In this document: positions 46,571 to 55,678 of the stretch, piece by piece
How the letters are laid out: each line of letters opens with the position of its first letter
Numbering within the stretch: position 1 is the first letter of the stretch
Origin: a virus
Virus record (IMG/VR): IMGVR_UViG_3300020203_000404
Location: 32,001-96,000 of that record
Direction: 5' to 3' (one strand)
Length of the DNA: 64,000 nt
The notes under the pieces: model-generated
Database searches by the model: none
What the model was told of the DNA's origin: nothing
Seen by the model: the letters and a program-made list of their open reading frames with translations, nothing else
Made by a program: the position numbers and the translations under genes

Positions 46571-48369
46571 TGTATAAGAAACGAATTCTATTTGTTGGTG
46601 AAGCTAGTTTTTTGAATACTGGTTTTTCAACCTACTATCGTGAGCTGTTGCCTCGATTAGCCGCTACAGGCAAGTATGAAATTGCTGAGCTTGGCTCGTA
46701 TGCACGTCAGGACGATCCTCGTGTACAAGAGTTTATTGCTGGTCGTTGGCGTTTTTATGGCGTGATGCCGACCACTAATGAAGAGAATCAAGTTTATCAA
46801 CAGCAAAATCCGCACCCACGTACACGCGGACAGAACACTAATCAGTTTGGTGAATACAAGTTTGCTTACGCTCTTGTTGATTTTAAGCCGGATATCGTTA
46901 TTGATATTCGTGACTGGTGGATGCTTGAATTCCAAGAACGTAACATCTTTCGCCCATGGTACAAGTGGCTTGTAATGCCAACGGTTGACGCTGAACCTCA
47001 ACAAGAAGAGTGGATTCAGTCATATGAAAACGCCAACATGGTTTTGGCGTATTCGGATTATGGCATTCATACGTTGCGTCGCCAATCTTCGCTAGCTACA
47101 AACGGCAAGCGTGCCATGAAGATTTTCCCGAAGCCGATGCGTCCTGGCGTAGACATTAACTCTTTCAAGCCAACTGACAAGAAGACGAGTCGCGAACACT
47201 GGAATTTGGCCGCTGACGTACCTGTTATTGGTACCGTTATGCGTAATCAAAGTCGCAAACTCTATCCCGATCTTATTGACGCTTTTGCGTTAATGAAGAA
47301 TAAGTATAAGGGCGAGTCACAAGTTGACAAGGCTGTATTACTCATTCATTCGTGTTGGCCAGACAACATGCATTCATATGACTATCCTCGTCACGTAGCA
47401 CGCCTAGATCGTTATGAGTGGATGGCCAATCATCATAAGGGCATTCGCGGTAGCGTCTTACAATCTCTCTATTGTGATTCTTGTAAGCAGCCGTCTATCA
47501 CTTTTGCCGCCAACCTCTTTGGTCGTCCGGTTCAAGCGGGTGGACGCATTAAGCTACCGTGCTGTTATTGCGGCAAGACGGACGCTTCGCCGCCGAGCAC
47601 GCTTGGTGGCTTCGACCGCAACGATCTAGCTAAGCTATACAATCTGATGGACGTTTACGTTCAGTGTTCTATTTGTGAAGGCGACGGCATGCCTATTCAA
47701 GAAGCCAAGGCTTGTGGTGTCCCAGCCTTGGTTATGGATTACACTGCCATGCGAGAGAAGGGCCGTTACCCTGATTATTCTCATTTCAAGGAATCTGATA
47801 TCACTGAACGTAATTATACGTGCCACAAGGGTGGTGAAGTAATTAACGTTGATAGATACTATTATGAACCTGAAACTTCATGCAAGAGGGCGTTGCCTGA
47901 TATCGCTGATCTAGCACTTAAAATGCGTAACATGATTAAGGATCCAGTGCGTCTAGCGGCACTTAGTAACGAGGCTCGTGAATGCGTTGAAGAAAACTAC
48001 AACTGGGATGAGTTGTGGCATCAGTGGGAGTACGTGTTGGATAATGTCAAAATTTTGGATCGTGCCGACACATGGGATAGTCCCATCGCTCAGGTTGACG
48101 AAGTGCGTAGTATTCCTGTTCCGGCTAACCTTAGCGATGAGCAGTTTGTGAATTGGCTATACTTGAACATTCTTAAGTATCCTTCGGTGGATACCGAAGG
48201 GGCCAAGATGTGGATCTCTCACATTCAACAGGGCGTAACACGCGATCAACTCATGCAGCAATTTGTCTCGATCGGTAATCAGCAATCAAGTGCTAGCAAG
48301 ACGCGTGATCAAGTGCGACTTGAAATGAGTGATAAGCCGCCGACGAAGAAGTCGCAGGAGTTTGTATGA
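46570..48369 (+). CDS. GT-B (GT4-like) glycosyltransferase with a Zn-finger insertion and a C-terminal DUF4214-like domain
   Basis: VMRNQSRK; LYNLMDVYVQCSICEGDGMPIQEAKACGVP; SDEQFVNWLYLNIL...EGAKMW. Confidence 0.85.
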   Translation: MYKKRILFVGEASFLNTGFSTYYRELLPRLAATGKYEIAELGSYARQDDPRVQEFIAGRWRFYGVMPTTNEENQVYQQQNPHPRTRGQNTNQFGEYKFAYALVDFKPDIVIDIRDWWMLEFQERNIFRPWYKWLVMPTVDAEPQQEEWIQSYENANMVLAYSDYGIHTLRRQSSLATNGKRAMKIFPKPMRPGVDINSFKPTDKKTSREHWNLAADVPVIGTVMRNQSRKLYPDLIDAFALMKNKYKGESQVDKAVLLIHSCWPDNMHSYDYPRHVARLDRYEWMANHHKGIRGSVLQSLYCDSCKQPSITFAANLFGRPVQAGGRIKLPCCYCGKTDASPPSTLGGFDRNDLAKLYNLMDVYVQCSICEGDGMPIQEAKACGVPALVMDYTAMREKGRYPDYSHFKESDITERNYTCHKGGEVINVDRYYYEPETSCKRALPDIADLALKMRNMIKDPVRLAALSNEARECVEENYNWDELWHQWEYVLDNVKILDRADTWDSPIAQVDEVRSIPVPANLSDEQFVNWLYLNILKYPSVDTEGAKMWISHIQQGVTRDQLMQQFVSIGNQQSSASKTRDQVRLEMSDKPPTKKSQEFV

Positions 48370-49601
48370 AATTACTATTCACTGGCCCACTATTGGATTT
48401 TAGTGGATTCGCTCATGCCTCACGTATCTTTCTGCGTACGCTCTTGCAAGATGATAATATTGTCGTGACAGCACGGGCACTCAAATACGATCAGCTAGAC
48501 GTTGGTCAGGCTTTCAAGCCAGACGCTTGGCTATCCGCCGTTCTCGCAAGAGACTTGCAGGACGTTGATGTAGCTATTCAGATGACAACGTGTAATGTCG
48601 AGGCTGTACCAATTCCTGGCATCCTGAATGGATTGTATACGTTCTTAGAAAGCAGTCATATGCAGTTGTCTTGGGCGGCCAAGGCCAATGAGTTTGACTT
48701 CTTGATGGTGCCATCTAAATCTAACGCAGAAGCGATGTTTAACTCTGGCGTGGTTAAGCCTATTGTTGTGTGCGGTCTTCCATGTGACGAAGATGTATAC
48801 GCCAAGCAGTACGAGCCGTATATTCTTGAGCACGCTGGCGACCGCACGGTGTTCTACAACATCTGTCAGTTGAGTAACAAGAAGGGGATTGATGCCCTGT
48901 TACGTGCTTATAATGCGGCCTTCTGGGACCGTCCAGACGAAGTTTTGCTTGTTCTTAAAACGTACATTCAGATGTCTGGACGGAATAATGAGCAAGAGCA
49001 AGTTAAGCAGTACATTCAGAATATTCGTCAACGTTGCCGCATTCCTGCTGATCGTTTTCCGCCCGTGTTGCCGTTAGTGTTCACAATGAGCGATGACGAG
49101 ATTCATAGTCTTCATGCTCGTGGTGACGCTTACGTTTGTTCTTCTCGTGCCGAAGGATGGGGTATCCCCGTTTTTGATGCTCTTGGATATGGCAAGACAG
49201 TAATCACAAATGCCGCTGGTGGTATGGCGGATTTCGTGACTCGTGATAATGCTCTCGTATATGGTGGTATGCCAACATACTTCTTTGATACGCCTCATAG
49301 TGATCCAGGACTTTACACTGGTGTCGAACAGTGTTTCGAGCCATGTGTTCCAGAAATGGCCATGGCTATGCGTAACTTTCATTTCCTTCGCAATGGAGAC
49401 AAAGCAGGAGTGCTTGACGATTCCAATAAAGAACAATGGAGGTCTGTTTTGACGCGGCGTGAGAACGCCAAGCTTGTTGGACGGAAGCATGACTACAGAC
49501 GTATTTCGTCTATAATTACGAAACCAATTCATACGATGCTCGATATGTGGAAACAAACAGGAGCCGTGAGATTCAATGAAATCGTCCAAGAGAATAGCTA
49601 A
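48366..49601 (+). CDS. GT4-like glycosyltransferase
   Basis: SGFAHASR; KKGIDALLRAY; DAYVCSSRAEGWGIPVFDALGYGKTVI. Confidence 0.9.
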   Translation: MKLLFTGPLLDFSGFAHASRIFLRTLLQDDNIVVTARALKYDQLDVGQAFKPDAWLSAVLARDLQDVDVAIQMTTCNVEAVPIPGILNGLYTFLESSHMQLSWAAKANEFDFLMVPSKSNAEAMFNSGVVKPIVVCGLPCDEDVYAKQYEPYILEHAGDRTVFYNICQLSNKKGIDALLRAYNAAFWDRPDEVLLVLKTYIQMSGRNNEQEQVKQYIQNIRQRCRIPADRFPPVLPLVFTMSDDEIHSLHARGDAYVCSSRAEGWGIPVFDALGYGKTVITNAAGGMADFVTRDNALVYGGMPTYFFDTPHSDPGLYTGVEQCFEPCVPEMAMAMRNFHFLRNGDKAGVLDDSNKEQWRSVLTRRENAKLVGRKHDYRRISSIITKPIHTMLDMWKQTGAVRFNEIVQENS

Positions 49602-49920
49602 GTATAATTTAACAAATCGTCTTGAAAACGAGATGCGTGTTTCGCATCCGAAACGCGGTCTTAAGGCGGATTATCAACGTAGTCGTACCGCCGCCATTCA
49701 GTTGTTTTGTTTGTCTTGCATGGGTGGCTGCCGTGCTGATGTAGTTGCCTGTACATCTAAGATTTGTCCACTTTGGCAGTTCAGACCGGGTGCCAAGAAA
49801 GGTGTGCGTCCGCCGGGTATTCCTAGCGAGGCAGACTATAATGAAATGATTGGCGGTCGCGTTAGTAATAAGCAGAGTGAAGCAGGACGTAAGCTAGGTA
49901 AAGAGGATGATGTAGAATGA
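49576..49920 (+). CDS. Small Cys-rich (Zn-binding) hypothetical protein
   Basis: AIQLFCLSCMGG...C....CPLWQFR; start may be 49633. Confidence 0.65.
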   Translation: MKSSKRIAKYNLTNRLENEMRVSHPKRGLKADYQRSRTAAIQLFCLSCMGGCRADVVACTSKICPLWQFRPGAKKGVRPPGIPSEADYNEMIGGRVSNKQSEAGRKLGKEDDVE

Positions 49921-50924
49921 ATCAGTTTTATGAACCGCAAATGAAGTCGATTGCGGAGCGAGTGAATCGCAAGCCGCGATTGGTACAGTGTATTCAGATG
50001 CTGAACGAAGAAGAGTTTGCCCCCTTGGTTCTGCGTTCGATCTATGATCAGGTAGACCGCATCCTAGTTATCGAAGGGGCGGTCGCAAACAACCCTCGAT
50101 CGACGCCCGATGGGCATTCGATCGACAAGACCCGTGAAATCCTAGCGGATTTCAAAGCGAATCACGACCCCAAGAAAAAGGTTGTTATCATCTCTATCAA
50201 CAAGCATTGGAAAAACTTGGAAGAGATGAAGCAGACGTTCTTGGATATGTCCATTCCTGGTGATTGGATTTTGATCAATGATGCTGACGAAATCTATCGT
50301 CCAGAAGACATCATTCGGCTCCGTCGTGCGATCGAATTGAATCCACATGTACAAGAGTGGATTCCGGCGTTTTTGCATTTTTATCGTGACTTTCATCATA
50401 TTGCCAAACCTGGACCCGAATGGAATCCATTACATCAAAGAATATTTAAGTATGTACGTGGCATGAAGTATATTGGCCACCCAACAGTATGTGACCCCGC
50501 TGGCAACGATACTTATTTCAATCCACAGTACTGGCATCGCCGCTATAATTTGAATGATTTCTTCATCTATCATTATGGGTATGCACGTAGTAATATGGAC
50601 GAGATCATGACTGCTAAGCAGGAATACTATGGTAAGGAATTGGTCGCTCACGGAGCAGCCAACAAGAAGTTCGATCAAAAAGTCAAGGATTGGTTCGCTA
50701 ATACTGAGCCGATTTTGTACTTTGATGGCAAACATCCTAGCGTGATGGAAACCCATTCAATGTGGCACGCTTGGACTGATCGTAAAAGCGACACAATGCA
50801 TTGGCGTGAAGATCCATTCTACGCCAAAGTTCTTGCTGGAGAACAATTTGGAACTATGTGGCTTAATCAAACGGGCCAAGCACAACCGCCCGTTCCATTC
50901 TTTCACAATCAATTAGACGTATGA
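49917..50924 (+). CDS. GT-A (GT2-like) glycosyltransferase
   Basis: NEEEF...SIYDQVDRILVIEG; DWILINDADEIY; IYHYGY. Confidence 0.8.
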   Translation: MNQFYEPQMKSIAERVNRKPRLVQCIQMLNEEEFAPLVLRSIYDQVDRILVIEGAVANNPRSTPDGHSIDKTREILADFKANHDPKKKVVIISINKHWKNLEEMKQTFLDMSIPGDWILINDADEIYRPEDIIRLRRAIELNPHVQEWIPAFLHFYRDFHHIAKPGPEWNPLHQRIFKYVRGMKYIGHPTVCDPAGNDTYFNPQYWHRRYNLNDFFIYHYGYARSNMDEIMTAKQEYYGKELVAHGAANKKFDQKVKDWFANTEPILYFDGKHPSVMETHSMWHAWTDRKSDTMHWREDPFYAKVLAGEQFGTMWLNQTGQAQPPVPFFHNQLDV

Positions 50925-50954
50925 GACTTAAACGCAATTCAGAAAGGCGTTTAC

Positions 50955-51797
50955 GTGCCTAAGCTATCGTATCTTGTCTCGACCTATGATGCTGGCCACT
51001 ATCTTGACCGGCATATTGCCGACTTGCTTGAAAAGCAAACTGATCCCGACTTCGAGATCGTTGTTATGAATCCCGCTTCTCCTGGCACCGATGACATCAT
51101 TGGTAGGAAGTGGGCCGAGTTTGACTTGCGAGTCAAGTATCTTTATTGGCCAACACGAGAATGGTACGGTACGTCGTGGCTAAGAGCTTGGCAGAGTGCC
51201 ACTGGCGATTTCGTGATCAATAGCAACGCAGACGATTACCACGCACCGACTACTACTGCTGAGTTTCATAAGCACATGAGCTTTGCGACCAGCGGCATGC
51301 ACGCCGGTCGCAAGATTGGTTTCGGATATGCTGGCATTCATGTCATCGACGATCATGGCGTTTCACTTGGCGGTGGCATTAAGCCGCCCTTCGACTTTGA
51401 ACTAATGAGTCGTGAGTGTTGGGCGGGCCCTCAAGTGTGTTGGCGGAATGATCCGGCCTTCAAGAAGTCGCTAGACTGGGACTTAATGTTCGCTCGTTCC
51501 GAACAATACCGATCAGCGTTTGATTACTGGCTATGGCTGTATTTCATGTCCCTGGGCTATCACGGTCATGTGATCCCCCAGGTGCTCACGATTTACACTC
51601 AAAGACCCGGTTCGATCGAGAACAGCAACAAGTCTGCGAACAATTACGAGACTTACTCGGCCATTTCCGAGTTCTTCGGTCATAATTTCAGGGGACACTT
51701 GAAGCACGCGATCGAGTTCGAAGACTTCAAGAGCCCCCCACCGCGTGACGAATGGATTGCCACTATGCAAGCTGGCAAGAAATGGAAGCGGTCATAA
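50955..51797 (+). CDS. GT2-family glycosyltransferase
   Basis: KLSYLVSTY; FEIVV; ATGDFVINSNADD; DYWLWL. Confidence 0.85.
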   Translation: MPKLSYLVSTYDAGHYLDRHIADLLEKQTDPDFEIVVMNPASPGTDDIIGRKWAEFDLRVKYLYWPTREWYGTSWLRAWQSATGDFVINSNADDYHAPTTTAEFHKHMSFATSGMHAGRKIGFGYAGIHVIDDHGVSLGGGIKPPFDFELMSRECWAGPQVCWRNDPAFKKSLDWDLMFARSEQYRSAFDYWLWLYFMSLGYHGHVIPQVLTIYTQRPGSIENSNKSANNYETYSAISEFFGHNFRGHLKHAIEFEDFKSPPPRDEWIATMQAGKKWKRS

Positions 51798-51827
51798 TTT
51801 CAATGGACACTTGAAGCACGCGATCGA
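51677..51827 (+). repeat. 39-bp direct repeat (37/39 identical) at the 3' end of the GT2 gene
   Basis: CGGTCATAATTTCA(GG/AT)GGACACTTGAAGCACGCGATCGA at 51677-51715 and 51789-51827. Confidence 0.9.
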
Positions 51828-51854
51828 AACTGAGTGATGTCGTAAGACTAGAGG

Positions 51855-52223
51855 ATGATTATGATTTTTAAGAAATTGTGGTATCAGGTATTTGCTTCCA
51901 AGCTCTATCGCAGAGAGCGTGAAACATTTCAACTTTTTCGAGATAAATGTGGCGAAGTATTCAAGCTTCAAAGTGAAATCAATAGACTTGAGCTACCTAC
52001 GTATATTGGCAGTTGGGTAGCATCACAATCCCATGCCGCGAAGCAACGTATCGTTGCTCTAGAGCATGACCTTGCGAAGATGAGTCTTGTACGCGACGCC
52101 TTGAAGCATGAAAAGGCTTACTCGCTCTTCTTAGAGGACAGTCTTATATGTCACAACCCTGTCGAAGTATTTAACGCCCTTCCGTTTGACAAGCGGAAAG
52201 AGTATTTTGAACGAGCACAATGA
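51855..52223 (+). CDS. Hypothetical protein
   Basis: ORF with ATGA coupling to the next gene. Confidence 0.6.
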   Translation: MIMIFKKLWYQVFASKLYRRERETFQLFRDKCGEVFKLQSEINRLELPTYIGSWVASQSHAAKQRIVALEHDLAKMSLVRDALKHEKAYSLFLEDSLICHNPVEVFNALPFDKRKEYFERAQ

Positions 52224-53305
52224 TCAAAGTTCTTCACTATCTGCGTCACCTTGGGTTAGGTGGTACTGAAAAAACATGCCAACTCTTTTTCGAGCACGCT
52301 GACGTTAGCGAGTTTGAAGTAGCCGTAGTATACGACACTGGTGGCACTCATCCTCGTCGAGAAGAGTTTCAGAAGTCCGCCATGGTTTGTGGTGGCAAGT
52401 TGTACAGCGTAGACACGCACGGACACAGCAACGCAAACGAGTTGCAGGCTGTCATCGACGATTTCAAGCCTGACATCTTCCATGTCTACCGTAGCGGCTA
52501 TCACGAGTTTCCGAGTCCTGGACACCACATCCAGGTGCCACGCTTCGTAGAGACTAACGTGTTTGGCTTCTACGACGGTAATCCAAAGATTAACAAGTCA
52601 CTGTTCATGAGCAAATGGCTCATGCAGAACACCATCAAGCAGCTTGGTGTCAAGCCAGACCGCTTTGACTTCGTGAACAACCCTGTTGAGATGCCGTGTA
52701 CGGGCGACGTGCTGGCAATTAGTCAGCGTTGGAAGGCCGAGGGGGCGATTGTTGTGGGTCGCTGTGGTCGTCCAGACAACGGCATCTACAACGCAGTGAG
52801 TGTTGATGCTGTTCGCCTACTACGTATGGTGGGACACGACGTTAGGTTCTTGGTGGTTGCTCCGCCGTCCAACATGATCGACGATCTAGCACGCCATGAG
52901 ATCCCGTTCTACGTCATCGAACCAACAACAAGTCCCTTGGTTCTAAGCACATTCTATAACAGCGTGGACATTTACACGCATGCCAGAGCGGATGGCGAGA
53001 CCTTTGGCGTGAACATTGCTGAGGCCATGATCCATGGCAAACCAGTTATCACACATATCGCCACCCCAAGTGTGCCGGGTATGGGCGTGTTCCAGTCACA
53101 GACGGAGCTTGTAGACAATGGCCGTACCGGCTTTGTTGTGAACAACACTCCTGGCGAATATGCGGAAGCCTTGAAGGCCCTGATCGACGATGAGCGTTCT
53201 CGCAACATCATGGGTGAACTAGGTAGACGTAAGGCCCAAGCAGAATACGAGGTTGGCGTCTGTATGCACAAACTCGAAACCATTTACAGAGAGATAGTAT
53301 CATGA
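52220..53305 (+). CDS. GT4-like glycosyltransferase
   Basis: LGLGGTEK; DIYTHARADGETFGVNIAEAMIHGKPVI. Confidence 0.9.
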   Translation: MIKVLHYLRHLGLGGTEKTCQLFFEHADVSEFEVAVVYDTGGTHPRREEFQKSAMVCGGKLYSVDTHGHSNANELQAVIDDFKPDIFHVYRSGYHEFPSPGHHIQVPRFVETNVFGFYDGNPKINKSLFMSKWLMQNTIKQLGVKPDRFDFVNNPVEMPCTGDVLAISQRWKAEGAIVVGRCGRPDNGIYNAVSVDAVRLLRMVGHDVRFLVVAPPSNMIDDLARHEIPFYVIEPTTSPLVLSTFYNSVDIYTHARADGETFGVNIAEAMIHGKPVITHIATPSVPGMGVFQSQTELVDNGRTGFVVNNTPGEYAEALKALIDDERSRNIMGELGRRKAQAEYEVGVCMHKLETIYREIVS

Positions 53306-53781
53306 TGAGAACTGGTCGTCCTGCAACTAATCCCATAACACGCTTATTGAATAGAATCAATAAGTGTAGCGGAGTATTTGGCGAAGACGGCAAATACGAA
53401 ACAGAGTGTTGGCTCTATACGGGATATATTAACAGGCTTGGATATGGCACAGTTGGCATTCGACAGAGTTTTGTGCTCGCACACAGATTAAGCTACGAAT
53501 ATCATAGGGGTATTATTTCTAATAACTTATGTGTAGATCATCTATGTCGAATGCGTTCTTGTGTCAATCCAGATCATATGGAGCTTGTAACGCGAGTAGA
53601 AAATGTCATGCGTGGCAACAGTCTTCATGCTGTCAACTTGAGGAAAACACATTGTAGTCATGGTCATGAATTTACGTTAGAAAATACAGGCATAGATGGA
53701 CGCAATAGACGTTATTGTAAACTCTGTGCTCGCGATAGACGCCGCAAGTTTCAAGGATATCAAGGTCATGGAAAAGATTAG
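53302..53781 (+). CDS. HNH homing endonuclease
   Basis: CWLYTG; AHRLSYE; VDHLCRMRSCVNPDHME; KTHCSHGH...CKLC. Confidence 0.9.
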   Translation: MMRTGRPATNPITRLLNRINKCSGVFGEDGKYETECWLYTGYINRLGYGTVGIRQSFVLAHRLSYEYHRGIISNNLCVDHLCRMRSCVNPDHMELVTRVENVMRGNSLHAVNLRKTHCSHGHEFTLENTGIDGRNRRYCKLCARDRRRKFQGYQGHGKD

Positions 53782-54922
53782 AGTTGTACATCACGCGAAA
53801 ACTGTCGGATTTTCTGGCACGGACAGAACTTGTCAGTTATTTTGCAAGTACCTCGCCAAGAGCGAGAAGTACGAACCGTTTATCGTCTATCGCGAGGGCG
53901 ATCTGGCGAACAATCGTCTAGCTATTGTGAAACAATGGCTAGGCGATGACCACGTAATTCCATACCAATGGACCCCTGGAAAGAAGGGTCGGCAAGCCCC
54001 CTACCTGCCAGAGTCGGACAACCTCTACGACGTTTTAAAGCAGATCGACCCACAGATTATGCACGTCCATCGCAGCGGCTACACGGAATGGCCAGCCTTT
54101 CGCTACATGGCACCCAAGGCGAAGTGGATAGAGACTAACATCTTCGGCTTTAAAGATAATGCACCTGAACCGCAGATCGACGTTAACGTCTATATCTCCC
54201 AGTACATTCGCAGCACCGCCTTGGGTGCCGGTAGCGTCGATGGTCCGGTATTATACAACCCGATTGAAGTGCCGGTACTCGACGTTACGACAGAGAACAA
54301 GGAAGTATGTCGCGAACATCTTCTTTCAACTTTCAAGCTACCTCATAATGCAGTTATACTTGGACGTGTAGGTCGAGCAGACAACTTTGATCCTATCTCT
54401 CTAAGAGCGTTTAAGGCTATTGAAGATGTCTATTCGAACGCCTACTACATTGTTGTAAATCCTTGTCAGGGTTGGCACGATACGGTGCGTCAGCTAGGCA
54501 TTAAGAACGTTTGCTTTTCAAGCCCTATCGTCAAAGACGATGAACTGTCAAAATTCTATATGGGACTTGACATTTACGCTCACGCTCGTCATGATGGAGA
54601 GTGCTGTCCGTGCAACATCCAGGAAGCCATGATGCATGGTCTGCCGGTGGTGTCACACGAGAGTATGATCTATAACGGTCAGTCTGAGATCCTTGCTGAA
54701 AGTGGCTTTGTTGTTCCTGTTGGCAATCACGAAGCTTATCGTGACGTACTAATGCAGCTTATTGCCAATCCTGAACTCGCGACGGAAGACGAGAGGTCTA
54801 CTATTCGTCTACGACAGCACTTCGGTCGCGAAGCCCGTCGCCGTGCTATGCGACACTTTGAAGCAAGTACCGTGACAGGACAGTTGATGCAAATCTACGA
54901 TTGGACATTGGCAAACAAATGA
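53768..54922 (+). CDS. GT4-like glycosyltransferase (paralog of 52220..53305)
   Basis: GTDRTCQLF; HVHRSGY; ETNIFGF; GRVGRADN; DIYAHARHDGE; EAMMHGLPVV. Confidence 0.9.
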   Translation: MEKIRVVHHAKTVGFSGTDRTCQLFCKYLAKSEKYEPFIVYREGDLANNRLAIVKQWLGDDHVIPYQWTPGKKGRQAPYLPESDNLYDVLKQIDPQIMHVHRSGYTEWPAFRYMAPKAKWIETNIFGFKDNAPEPQIDVNVYISQYIRSTALGAGSVDGPVLYNPIEVPVLDVTTENKEVCREHLLSTFKLPHNAVILGRVGRADNFDPISLRAFKAIEDVYSNAYYIVVNPCQGWHDTVRQLGIKNVCFSSPIVKDDELSKFYMGLDIYAHARHDGECCPCNIQEAMMHGLPVVSHESMIYNGQSEILAESGFVVPVGNHEAYRDVLMQLIANPELATEDERSTIRLRQHFGREARRRAMRHFEASTVTGQLMQIYDWTLANK

Positions 54923-55587
54923 AAGTCATATCATTCTGTCTTTGGGGGAATGATCCAAAATATCTTGTTGGTGCAATGAAAAATATTGAACTCGCACGTA
55001 CACTATTTCCAGACTGGACCTGTCGTTTTTATGTTGGTCAGTCAGTACCGAGCGACACTATTAAGCAATTGCTTATCCCTAGAGATAATGTTGAGGTTGT
55101 TTGCGTGGATGAGCCGGGTGATTGGCGTATGATGTTGTATCGCTTTAGCCCTATCGGTGAAAATGATGTAGAAGTCATGATTAGTCGTGATTGCGACTCT
55201 CGTCTTTCTTTGCGAGAAAAGCTTGCAGTTAACGAGTGGTTGGCTAGTGACAAATCATTTCATACTATGCACTGTCACTTTCATCATTCGGTGCCGATAC
55301 TTGGTGGAATGTTTGGAATTAAAAAAGGACTGTTTTCTGAGCTGTCTCGACACGCTATTGAATGGGCTCAGGCTCGTGAATCTCGATGGCAGATTGATCA
55401 AGATTTTCTAAAGGAAATTGTCTGGCCTATTGTTAAGCACGACACTTTGAATCATGCTGACTTTCATACCAATATTTGGCCGGGTGTTCCATTTCCTACT
55501 CCAATGACGCCTGGATATTTTATTGGTGCCACATATGATGAGAATGATAATATTGACCCGGCACAACTCAGAGCTTTACATGGCTAG
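54919..55587 (+). CDS. Putative GT-A-fold glycosyltransferase
   Basis: VISFCLWG..PKY; DxD in SRDCDSRL; ILGGMFG; DQDFL. Confidence 0.6.
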   Translation: MKVISFCLWGNDPKYLVGAMKNIELARTLFPDWTCRFYVGQSVPSDTIKQLLIPRDNVEVVCVDEPGDWRMMLYRFSPIGENDVEVMISRDCDSRLSLREKLAVNEWLASDKSFHTMHCHFHHSVPILGGMFGIKKGLFSELSRHAIEWAQARESRWQIDQDFLKEIVWPIVKHDTLNHADFHTNIWPGVPFPTPMTPGYFIGATYDENDNIDPAQLRALHG

Positions 55588-55678
55588 AAAAGTGTGTGAT
55601 CCTCATGTCGTCTTGACGACAGAGAATTTATCAGAAAGAAAAGGAAGGCTTAAATGATCCGTAAGGGTTATTCATTCG

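Noticed and set aside
51677-51827. Direct repeat as a DGR template/variable pair, mini-CRISPR or att site
   Set aside because: Only 39 bp with two adjacent mismatches (one not at an adenine); no reverse transcriptase, cas operon or integrase in the window
55655-55657. In-frame TGA as evidence of stop-codon reassignment
   Set aside because: TGA, TAG and TAA all end clear genes elsewhere and conserved genes are uninterrupted; local decay is more likely
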